Below, one piece after another: positions 8,732 through 16,491 of a stretch of 51,061 bases of DNA. This DNA is from an uncultured Opitutaceae bacterium (GTDB taxonomy: Bacteria; Verrucomicrobiota; Verrucomicrobiia; Opitutales; Opitutaceae). The translations under genes and the position numbers were made by a program. The first letter of the stretch is position 1, and every line of letters starts with the position of its first letter. Where the stretch lies: assembly GCA_964583635.1 (NCBI GenBank), contig CAZOXB010000001.1, forward strand, positions 1 through 51,061, in the 5' to 3' direction. The notes beneath the pieces were generated by a model. That model ran no database searches and was not told where the DNA came from. It saw only the letters and a program-made list of their open reading frames with translations.

Positions 8732-9357
8732 GGGGATCTCTTGGAAAGGAGGAGGTCGCGAAGCCGGCCGCGGGCGCGCCAGGCGCGCAGCTTTGTCGCC
8801 GTATGGGTCCACCCATACTGGCGGGCGATTTCCTGCAGCCCCCAGCCTTCGAGATAAAGCAGGGTGAGCAGCGTGCGATCGTCAGCCGGCAGGAATTCGA
8901 GGAACTGTTTGACCTCGTTCGCTGCTGCCCGTGCCGCCGGGTCGGGTTGCAGGTCGATGGCCTCGACTTGCGGATGAGGGTCGTCCTCCGGGCCGGGCTC
9001 GGATACGGGCTCGACCATCCAGCGGCGCCGAACGGCGTGACGCCGGAAATAGTCGCGCCCGGTGTTGGCCGCAATGCGGAGGATCCAATGGGAGAACGGT
9101 TGCCTGGCCTGCCATCGGGGGAGCCCCTTGACCATGCGAAGAAACGTCTCCTGCACGAGGTCCTCGAGATCCGAGGGGGTGCGCACGAATTTCCAGAGTA
9201 GCCTCGTGACGGCCGGACTGTGCTGATGGACCAGCATTTCCATGGCGTGCAGGTCGCCACCGCGTGCGCGCGCGGGGAGCACGAAATCGGAGTCTGCGGC
9301 AGCGGCCGGCTGGGCACCCTCGAGTTCATTCTGCGCGTCCTTTGGTCCTGCGTTCAA
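8728..9357 (-). CDS. RNA polymerase ECF-type sigma-70 factor
   Basis: Region 2: DLEDLVQETFLRMVKGLPRWQARQPFSHWILRIAANTGRDYFRR. Region 4: LPADDRTLLTLLYLEGWGLQEIARQYGWTHTATKLRAWRARGRL. The track start 9357 is TTG; an in-frame GTG at 9282 is an alternative. Confidence 0.9.
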   Translation of the reverse strand: MNAGPKDAQNELEGAQPAAAADSDFVLPARARGGDLHAMEMLVHQHSPAVTRLLWKFVRTPSDLEDLVQETFLRMVKGLPRWQARQPFSHWILRIAANTGRDYFRRHAVRRRWMVEPVSEPGPEDDPHPQVEAIDLQPDPAARAAANEVKQFLEFLPADDRTLLTLLYLEGWGLQEIARQYGWTHTATKLRAWRARGRLRDLLLSKRSP

Positions 9358-9440
9358 GCGGGGAGAATCATGCAGCTATCGTCCCAGGATCTCAGCTCCA
9401 AACTGCAGGGGGCGAATGCGTGGGCTAGGGTAGTTGGGTC

Positions 9441-9580
9441 GGGGGAAAGCATGAATGTTCATGAGGATATTCTAATGTTCTGCACTCTTCAACGCAGCAT
9501 CACTAATTTGGTTTCTGAAAATGTTCATGCGTTTCAATTTCTTACACGGCAATGGCGGGAAGAACATTCTCTGTTCCGGT
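9441..9580. promoter_or_regulatory. AT-rich divergent control region carrying four copies of AATGTTC / GAACATT
   Basis: Hand count gives 31 G/C in the 90 nt at 9451-9540 (about 34 %), inside a GC-rich genome. AATGTTC occurs at 9454-9460, 9474-9480 and 9520-9526; its complement GAACATT is at 9562-9568. Local inverted repeats: ATGAA-TG-TTCAT (9451-9462) and GAACA-N5-TGTTC (9562-9576). Confidence 0.5.
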
Positions 9581-9691
9581 CGGAGCCTTGGAATTTAGCG
9601 TGGGTCCCGCGGCCTCCTTGACTCACAACGCCGTGTCTCACTCCCTCGACCCATTGTATCCGCAAATGTCGATGCACGTTGGCGCCATTTC

Positions 9692-12583
9692 ATGAAACTA
9701 TTCCTGATTGCGATTGCGTTGCTTTGTGCTGCCGGTCATGCGCCGGCCCAGACTAGGACTCCGTGGACGACGTCCCGGATTGAAGGCACCCCGGAACGGC
9801 CGAAGCCGTTTGTGCAGGAGGCAATCCTTGGTCACCTGAAGTTTTCAGAGGCGCTGGAATTGCAGACCGTGCCCGGAACCGGTCATCTGCTGCTGGTGGA
9901 GCGCACCGGGAGGATCTTCACGTTCAACCCGAAATCGGACAGTGAACCGGCCAACGAAATCATCGATCTGAAGAAGGGCCGGCCGGACTTCGACAATGCG
10001 TTTGGCGTCGTGCTGCATCCGAGGTACCGCGAGAACCGGGAGATCTTCATCTGCTATGCGCTGACGCCCGGACGCAAGAACGGCACCAAGCTTTCGCGTT
10101 TCAAACTGAGTTCGCTCGATCCGATGAAGGTCGATCCCCACAGCGAGGAGGTTCTCCTCACCTGGCTGTCGGGCGAGCACAACGGAGCCAACCTCCAGTT
10201 CGGCCCCGACGGTTATCTCTATGCGTCCGCGGGTGACGGGGCGCCTCCGTCGCCGCCGGACCAACTGTTGACGGGGCAGGACACGCGCGACCTGCTATCG
10301 TCGATCCTGCGCATCGATGTCGATCACCGCGATCCGCCGCTGGCCTACCGCATCCCGCCGGACAACCCCTGGTTTGACGGTGCGCCGGACAAGGCGCCGG
10401 GCACCCGCCCCGAACTCTGGGCGTTCGGCCTGCGCAATCCGTTCAAGATGAGTTTCGATGCCCGGACGGGCAACCTCTGGTGCGGCGACATCGGATGGGA
10501 GCTCTGGGAGATGATTTTCCTCATCAAGAAGGGCGGCAACTACGGCTGGAGCGCGTATGAGGCCAGCCAGCCGATTGCGGTCGACCGGGCAAGCCCGCTG
10601 GCGCCCATCACCCCGCCCGTCGTCGCCCACCCGCATTCGGAGGCGGCATCCATCACGGGCGGATACGTGTATCATGGAACTCAATACCCCGAGCTGGAGG
10701 GGGCCTACATCTACGGTGACTGGGTGACGGGCAAGGTCTGGGCGCTCTGGTACGACGGCAGCAAGGTTACGCGCCATGAGGAGATCGCCGACACGCCGCA
10801 CAACCTGATCGCGTTCGGCCAGACCGACGACGGCGAGCTCTATTACATCAACTGGGCCTCCCAGACCACGATCCACCGCCTGCGTCGCAATCCAAGGAGT
10901 GCCACGCCCTCGACGTTTCCGCGCACGCTCGGTGAAACCGGGCTCTTTGCCGACGTGAAATCCCTCAAGCCCGCCCCCGGAGTGTATCCCTTTGAGATCG
11001 TTCATCCCATGTGGGAGGACGGCACGAAGGTGCTCGGCCGCCTGATTGGGTTGCGTGACCACACCAAGCTGGCGACCACCAGTTACCTTCGCTTCGATTT
11101 CCGCACGAAAGGATCGGCGATGGACTATTCGACCCGATGGCCGGCCGGCGCCGTGCTCGCCCGCACGATTTCGCTGGGGGACCTGGCGCTCACCGAGGCG
11201 GAGCGGAACCGGCCCGTCGAGACCCAGATCCTGCATTTCGACGGCGAGGCATGGAACGGCTATTCCTACCGGTGGAACGAGGCGGGCACGGACGCCGAAC
11301 TCGTGCCGATCGAGGGCGCCGAGCGGGTCTTCCAGGTGCGACCCGACCGGCAGGCGGTGTCGCCTGAGCCCCGCGAGTATCGTTACCGGTTCCAGAGCCG
11401 GTCCGACTGCCTGCGCTGTCACAACACCTGGAACTACGGAGCACTCGCATTCACCGCCGCACAGCTCCAGGGACTGCCCGTGGCGCAGTCGCATGAACTC
11501 GTGTCGCTGGGCCTGATCGACGCGGATTACCTGGAGGGCACGCGGGCGAAGCTTGAGCCGCGTGGCGATGACTTCGGCGCCGCGAGGTCCGTGCTGCACG
11601 CCAACTGCTCGCACTGCCACCGCAATGATGGCGGCGGCGCGGTGCAGCTCTTCATGAACACGGAACTGCTCACGACGCAGATGAATGCGGTGGGTGTCGC
11701 GCCGTCGCGGGGCGGACTCGGATTGAAGGATGCCAGGCTGATCGATCCGGGCGATCCGTGGAACTCCGCGATCTGCGTGCGCATGGCGAAATCCGGGGCC
11801 GGGCACATGCCCGTGATTGGCGCCCGGGAGACGGACGTCGACGGATTGCGCGCGGTCGAGGATTGGATTGCGAGGATGACCGGCGATGGGGCCGGCGCCG
11901 CACCGAAGCCCTGGACAACAACCGAATGGACCTCGCAATTGATCGACCGTGAACTTGCGACCGTGAGCGGGGCGATGCGCCTTCGCCGCGCGATTGATGA
12001 CGGGAATCTGTCGGAACCGCTGCGCCGTCACGCCTTCGCATCGGCCTGGGCGTCGACGGAGCCGACGGTGCGGGACATCTTTGAACGGTTCAAACCCGAT
12101 TCCCTGCGTGAACCCACCCTTGGAACGCAAGTGGACGTCAAGGCGCTCCTTGCGCTGCACGGTGACGCCGATCGCGGATCACGGCTGCTGTCCGAACAGG
12201 GCAAGCTGGCCGGCTGCCGCGCCTGTCACTTCATCAAGGGAGAGGGGAGGCATTTCGGCCCGGATCTTTCCAGGATCGGCGCGACGCAGACACCGGCGCA
12301 GATTCTCGACAGCATTCTCAATCCCTCGAAGCAGATGGCGCTCGAGTTTCGCCCGCTCCTGGTCGAGATGAAGGACGGCGGGTCCCACGCCGGTTTCGCC
12401 CTCAAGCGCGGTGCGACGTCGCTGATGTTTCGCATTGCGAGCGGAGAAACGCTGACCCTTCAGCTTTCGGAGATCGCGTCCGAGAAGAACCTGCCGGTCT
12501 CCCTCATGCCGGAAGGGCAGATTTCCGGTCTGACACCGAATGAGGCCGCGGACCTCATCGCGTTCCTTTCCAGTTTGAAATGA
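9692..12583 (+). CDS. PQQ-dependent (glucose/sorbosone dehydrogenase-like) beta-propeller fused to a c-type cytochrome region with three CxxCH motifs
   Basis: Signal peptide MKLFLIAIALLCAAGHAPA. GSDH-like motifs WAFGLRNPFKMSFD and KKGGNYGWS. Heme-binding motifs CLRCH, CSHCH and CRACH. The C-terminal part (CRACHFIKGEGRHFGPDLSRIG...LMPEG...) resembles the Pirellula/Verrucomicrobium-type heme-binding domain. Confidence 0.8.
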   Translation: MKLFLIAIALLCAAGHAPAQTRTPWTTSRIEGTPERPKPFVQEAILGHLKFSEALELQTVPGTGHLLLVERTGRIFTFNPKSDSEPANEIIDLKKGRPDFDNAFGVVLHPRYRENREIFICYALTPGRKNGTKLSRFKLSSLDPMKVDPHSEEVLLTWLSGEHNGANLQFGPDGYLYASAGDGAPPSPPDQLLTGQDTRDLLSSILRIDVDHRDPPLAYRIPPDNPWFDGAPDKAPGTRPELWAFGLRNPFKMSFDARTGNLWCGDIGWELWEMIFLIKKGGNYGWSAYEASQPIAVDRASPLAPITPPVVAHPHSEAASITGGYVYHGTQYPELEGAYIYGDWVTGKVWALWYDGSKVTRHEEIADTPHNLIAFGQTDDGELYYINWASQTTIHRLRRNPRSATPSTFPRTLGETGLFADVKSLKPAPGVYPFEIVHPMWEDGTKVLGRLIGLRDHTKLATTSYLRFDFRTKGSAMDYSTRWPAGAVLARTISLGDLALTEAERNRPVETQILHFDGEAWNGYSYRWNEAGTDAELVPIEGAERVFQVRPDRQAVSPEPREYRYRFQSRSDCLRCHNTWNYGALAFTAAQLQGLPVAQSHELVSLGLIDADYLEGTRAKLEPRGDDFGAARSVLHANCSHCHRNDGGGAVQLFMNTELLTTQMNAVGVAPSRGGLGLKDARLIDPGDPWNSAICVRMAKSGAGHMPVIGARETDVDGLRAVEDWIARMTGDGAGAAPKPWTTTEWTSQLIDRELATVSGAMRLRRAIDDGNLSEPLRRHAFASAWASTEPTVRDIFERFKPDSLREPTLGTQVDVKALLALHGDADRGSRLLSEQGKLAGCRACHFIKGEGRHFGPDLSRIGATQTPAQILDSILNPSKQMALEFRPLLVEMKDGGSHAGFALKRGATSLMFRIASGETLTLQLSEIASEKNLPVSLMPEGQISGLTPNEAADLIAFLSSLK

Positions 12584-12602
12584 GGCAGGGCGATCGGAAA
12601 CC

Positions 12603-14003
12603 TCAATGTGCGTGCGGTGTGCGGGACGCTTCTGCGGATGCGGATGGGGCGGGTGCATTGCCACGAAGCTCGCGAATGCCGCGGGCCGCTTCCCCTGGGT
12701 GCGTGAGGGAAAGCTCAGGCGCCGGCCTTAAACCGGAGGGATCGAAACTCAGCATTCGCAGATGGTTGGGCTCACCGGCGCGGGTGTAGGTGAGCACGGC
12801 GGTGCCGTCGATTCGCAAGGCGAGTCGCGGGAAACCACTGGCACGGCTTTGTGACGCCTCTGCCAGCAGGGTGGCCATGGAGACGGTGCCGTCGGGCCAG
12901 ATGCGGCGCACATAGATGCCGGCGACAGCCTTGTCCGACTTTGCCTCGAGCCAGGTCACCAGCGCGGAAGCATCGGACTGCATCACAAGATCCACCCGGC
13001 CCACCGGATTGCCCAAGTCAATTCGTGACACTGTTTCGAAATGGGTTCCGCCGTCGCGGGAGAACCGCGCTTGCACTCTGGCCACGCCCTCGGCAGCGGT
13101 GAACCAGGCGATGGCTGTGGTGCGACCGCGGGCATCGGCCGCGGGTCCGTTCACCGGGCAACCGGCAATTTGCCAGCCGTCGGGATGGAGCGGGCGGGGC
13201 TGGCTCCAGGTCAGGTTGGAGAACGTCGCGACGTGGTGGTCGCGGACATCGGACGACGTGTGTCCCCGATAGGCCACCAACACGGTATCGTCCGGCATCA
13301 CGGCCAGCGTTGTTTGGCAACAGGTGCAGACATCGGGATCGATCGTCCAGCGTTGCTGCACGTCGCCGGCGGCATCCAGGATACATGAACGGAGCTGCAT
13401 GGCGGGTTCGGTCGAAGGCGGACGCGAACCGTTGTCGGGCTTGGGAAGGTGTTCCAGCCAGACGGCGAGTGTCCTGCCATCCGAAAGAGGAGCCAGACTG
13501 ACGAATTCCTGGCCAAGCGGCCGGGGCGGCTGCCAAGTGGCACCGGCATCGTGCGAGCGACTGAACCAGCCGGCATAGCCTCGGGCCGACGAATCTTCCG
13601 GCCGTTGAAACCATTGCGCAGTCAAGGTACCGTCGTCCGCGGCGACAAGAGACGCAAAGTCCGCCCAGTTCTCCATCAGGTGTGGCGTGCGCACAATGAC
13701 GCGAGGCGAAGACCACTGCGTCGAATCTGGCGGGAGACGCGAGTAACACAGGATCCGTTCACTCTCGTGGGAGCCGGGCTCCGACCAGGTGAGATGCAGC
13801 GTGCCGTCGGCAGCGGAAAAAATATTGGAACACTGTGCACCCGGTTTGGACGGCACGGTCAAATCGCGGATGGCAGGCGTGGAATCCTCCGCTTGGAGGT
13901 AAATGACGCCGGACAGCGTCAATGCCATGAGGGCCAGCGGGCGCAGGGAGAACGTCTTCACGTCTCCCTTCCATGAGAGGAAAAACCGGGGGAGTCGAGG
14001 CAT
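12603..14003 (-). CDS. Secreted BNR/Asp-box beta-propeller protein (sialidase fold, probably non-sialidase)
   Basis: Asp-boxes SHDAGATW and SRDGGTHF. N-terminal hydrophobic leader. Cys cluster DVCTCCQTT ... AGCPVNGP. I found no RIP/FRIP motif. Its start lies 10 nt after the TonB-dependent receptor stop. Confidence 0.65.
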   Translation of the reverse strand: MPRLPRFFLSWKGDVKTFSLRPLALMALTLSGVIYLQAEDSTPAIRDLTVPSKPGAQCSNIFSAADGTLHLTWSEPGSHESERILCYSRLPPDSTQWSSPRVIVRTPHLMENWADFASLVAADDGTLTAQWFQRPEDSSARGYAGWFSRSHDAGATWQPPRPLGQEFVSLAPLSDGRTLAVWLEHLPKPDNGSRPPSTEPAMQLRSCILDAAGDVQQRWTIDPDVCTCCQTTLAVMPDDTVLVAYRGHTSSDVRDHHVATFSNLTWSQPRPLHPDGWQIAGCPVNGPAADARGRTTAIAWFTAAEGVARVQARFSRDGGTHFETVSRIDLGNPVGRVDLVMQSDASALVTWLEAKSDKAVAGIYVRRIWPDGTVSMATLLAEASQSRASGFPRLALRIDGTAVLTYTRAGEPNHLRMLSFDPSGLRPAPELSLTHPGEAARGIRELRGNAPAPSASAEASRTPHAH

Positions 14004-14013
14004 GGGAAGAGGC

Positions 14014-16275
14014 TCAGAAGATGTAACGCATCGATACCTCGGCGCTGCGCGGATCGGCCAGTCGCCTCATCGCGCCTGCGGCGGTGGGGAAATCCTCATA
14101 CTCTTCGTTGAGAAGGTTGCGTCCACGCACGGTGAAGGTGCAGTTGCCCCAGGCGAATCCGGCGGCGGCATCGAACGTCGTGTAGGCATCGGACCAGAGA
14201 CTGTTGTTGTTGTTCGCAGCGCGCTTGCCAACATGGCGCGGTCCGCCGCTCAGGAGGAGGCCGTTGGCAATTTGTTTGGATATGAAGAGGTTTGTCACCA
14301 CCGGCGGAACCGCCGGTGGGACATTGCCATTGCGCGAGACAATGCCCGTGCCAAGGTTTTCGTTGAAGTCCCGGTATTCGGCGTGGGTGTAGGCGACGTT
14401 GGCTTCCACCCGCCAGCCTCCGCCCGGTTTGACTGCGACTTCCGCCTCGACCCCGCGTGACTGAAGCGCACCAATCTGCTGGGAGACACGCCTGCCGTCG
14501 ACGATGGTCTGCGTCAGCAGATCCTTTTTAAGAATGTCGAACACGGCCAGCGTGGCATCCACCTTTCCCCTGGCGAAAGTGCCCTTTATCCCAACTTCGT
14601 ACTGACGTCCCTCTTGCAGCGAAAAATCGGCGCGGGCGGAGGTCAGGCTCACGAGCTGGGTGACTGGTTCCGCCGCCCGGCTGTAGCTGGCGTAGAGATT
14701 GACTGACCGCGCCACCGACCAGACGGCACCCACGCGTCCGGTCCACGGATGATAGCTCTTCGAGAAGCTGGAAAAGGGAGTGGCGGGTGTTGTGGTGGAA
14801 TTGGCGACGGTGTCCCGCTGGATGCCGATATCATCATAGCGGAGACCGCCGATGACCTTGATGGCGGGGGTGACATCGAAAGCATCTTCCGCAAAGAGCG
14901 CCGTGGTCCCGATGGCGACACGGGCCGTCTTTGTGAACCGGGCGGCGGGGCCGGCCATGATCACCGGGTCGATCAGCGTGACGCTGGGCAGGGTTGTTGC
15001 GACGTTGCCGGGCGCGGTGCCGCGGGTAAGGTCGTTGCGTGACACATCGAGTCCGATCACGAAACGGTTGTCCCGTCCAGCGACGTCCGATTTGAACGTG
15101 GCATCGATCCGGTTTCCCACCAGCAGGTCGTCGCGGTAGATCAGGAGGAACTCGCTCAGATCAACCCGTTGGGTGGCGGGGTTCCATGTATTGTTCTCGA
15201 GATTGCGCCACTTCATCAACTGGGTGGCGAGGTAGGTTTCGTTGCGGATTGCGATCCGCGGAGTCAATTCGAGCTCCGCACGAACCCGATGAACGGAGTT
15301 CTCCGTCAGGATGTCGTTGTCGGCGATGTTGTAGTTGGTGCGGCGCGCGCGCGAGTCCACCCGCGGATTGATCAGACGATCCGTCGCCGTGTTTACCTTC
15401 CGAACTTCCGGTACGCCATTTGGCAACGTCGTGTTTACCACGGCATCGTAGATGATCGGGGTGCCGTAATGGCTTTTTGTGCGGTCGCGCAGGAAGGTGG
15501 AGAATGCGGTGACAGAGAGCCTGTCCGTGGCCAGCAGCCGGACGGAGCCGGCGATGGCAGTGTAGTCCTGTCGGTTGCGATCGACATGGCCGTCGGTCGA
15601 GACGCGGCTGAAGTCAAGTCGACCCAGGAGTCTGTCTTCAATGATCGGTCCGCCCACACCGACGCCGAGCCGGAGTGTGTTCCATGCTCCCAGGATGAGC
15701 TGGCTTTCACCGCGCAAAGTCCGATCCGGCGATTTCGATACATGGTTGACGGCGCCACCGACTGCACCTTCGCCGAACATCAGTGAGGCGGGACCCTTGA
15801 GGATCTCGATGCGGTCGAGGATGAAGGCATCGTTGATGCGGGCGGACTGCGAAGCGGTGTTCTGGCGAATGCCGTCGCGCAGAACCGTGATGTTGTTCGA
15901 GCTGAAGCCACGCGTGGAGTATCCGGGGATGGAGCCGAACTGAGTGCCGCCGGTCATGCCGACGGCTCCCTCAACGGCCTCGACTGCAGTGCGAAACCCG
16001 CGCAGCCGGATCAATTCCTGCGTTATGATGCTGATGCTTGCGGGGACATCACGATTGGCGAGTCCGAGATGTGAAGCCGTGTGGGTGGTTGCGTCGTGCG
16101 GCAGGGAAAAGTGACTCTGCCTGTCCGTGACGACGTCGACTTTCCCAAGTGCAACGGTCCAGTCAGCATAAGGTCGGTCCTGTCCCAGGACCGATGGCGG
16201 AGCGATGAGGCCAAGGCCTGCGGTGACGCAGGCGAAGGAAGTGAGAGCGGAATGGAAATGAGGAAGTGTGATCAT
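14014..16275 (-). CDS. TonB-dependent receptor (siderophore/metal-chelate type)
   Basis: Plug domain: ISIITQELIRLRGFRT...VEGAVGMT...YSTRGF...ITVLRDGIR...DRIEILKGPASLMFGEGAVGG. Long beta-barrel ending in the terminal aromatic motif ...EVSMRYIF. Start moved to ATG 16275 (MITLPHFHSALTSFACVTAG). Confidence 0.9.
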   Translation of the reverse strand: MITLPHFHSALTSFACVTAGLGLIAPPSVLGQDRPYADWTVALGKVDVVTDRQSHFSLPHDATTHTASHLGLANRDVPASISIITQELIRLRGFRTAVEAVEGAVGMTGGTQFGSIPGYSTRGFSSNNITVLRDGIRQNTASQSARINDAFILDRIEILKGPASLMFGEGAVGGAVNHVSKSPDRTLRGESQLILGAWNTLRLGVGVGGPIIEDRLLGRLDFSRVSTDGHVDRNRQDYTAIAGSVRLLATDRLSVTAFSTFLRDRTKSHYGTPIIYDAVVNTTLPNGVPEVRKVNTATDRLINPRVDSRARRTNYNIADNDILTENSVHRVRAELELTPRIAIRNETYLATQLMKWRNLENNTWNPATQRVDLSEFLLIYRDDLLVGNRIDATFKSDVAGRDNRFVIGLDVSRNDLTRGTAPGNVATTLPSVTLIDPVIMAGPAARFTKTARVAIGTTALFAEDAFDVTPAIKVIGGLRYDDIGIQRDTVANSTTTPATPFSSFSKSYHPWTGRVGAVWSVARSVNLYASYSRAAEPVTQLVSLTSARADFSLQEGRQYEVGIKGTFARGKVDATLAVFDILKKDLLTQTIVDGRRVSQQIGALQSRGVEAEVAVKPGGGWRVEANVAYTHAEYRDFNENLGTGIVSRNGNVPPAVPPVVTNLFISKQIANGLLLSGGPRHVGKRAANNNNSLWSDAYTTFDAAAGFAWGNCTFTVRGRNLLNEEYEDFPTAAGAMRRLADPRSAEVSMRYIF

Positions 16276-16376
16276 GGTTTGTGTGTGTTGCCTCCGCTGG
16301 GTGGAGCTGAAGGCGATCTGGAGGGCCACGGTCCCTCGTGGCCGGAGTTGCGGGATGCCAGGGTGCAGGTATTTGT

Positions 16377-16385
16377 GGGGGGGGG
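16377..16385. repeat. G9 (C9 on the coding strand) homopolymer tract upstream of the TonB-dependent receptor
   Basis: Read directly: tttgt-ggggggggg-ttgacc. Lies 102-110 nt upstream of the receptor ATG (16275). Confidence 0.8.
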
Positions 16386-16440
16386 TTGACCGGCGCCGCG
16401 CGCCCCCTCCGCCCCGCGGGCCGGGGCCCCTCCGGGGGGA

Positions 16441-16480
16441 TAAAAGGGAAGCACCCGCACGGCCGATCGCCGCAAGCGGG
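16441..16480 (-). terminator. Putative intrinsic terminator ending the czc transcription unit
   Basis: Minus strand reads CCCGC-TT-GCGGC-GATCG-GCCGT-GCGGG, a bulged hairpin of about 10 bp at 16454-16480, followed by TGCTTCCCTTTTAT. Begins 12 nt after the stop of the 127-aa gene. Confidence 0.45.
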
Positions 16481-16491
16481 AAAAGCCCTGG

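Noticed and set aside
9562-9576. GAACA-N5-TGTTC as a LexA/SOS box
   Set aside because: As I recall, the Verrucomicrobia LexA motif is TGTTC-N4-GAACA. Here the half-sites are in the opposite order with different spacing, and no SOS gene is adjacent.
9370-9621. 83-codon plus-strand ORF (MQLSSQDLSS...) inside the AT-rich island
   Set aside because: Its codon usage is strongly atypical for this genome, with many A/T-ending codons. It has no motifs, and its internal repeats simply mirror the DNA heptamer repeats. It is more likely non-coding. It is kept as part of the finding, not as a CDS.
10295-12160. 621-aa ORF on the minus strand inside the dehydrogenase-cytochrome gene
   Set aside because: It is antisense to a gene with clear domain motifs. 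Its product is Arg/Gly/Pro-rich low-complexity sequence, typical of shadow ORFs in GC-rich DNA. No recognisable motifs.
12603-14003. Calling the BNR protein an exo-alpha-sialidase
   Set aside because: Only the Asp-box fold markers are visible. I could not find the RIP/FRIP motif, and the context (TonB-dependent receptor, metal locus) does not suggest sialic acid metabolism.
16276-16491. Possible riboswitch (for example cobalamin) in the leader of the TonB-dependent receptor
   Set aside because: I noticed AAAAGGGAAGCACCC on the plus strand and CCCGCAACT on the minus strand, both reminiscent of cobalamin-riboswitch words. They lie on opposite strands, I could not find a B12 box, and part of the region is better explained as the czc terminator. 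An Rfam cmscan would settle it.
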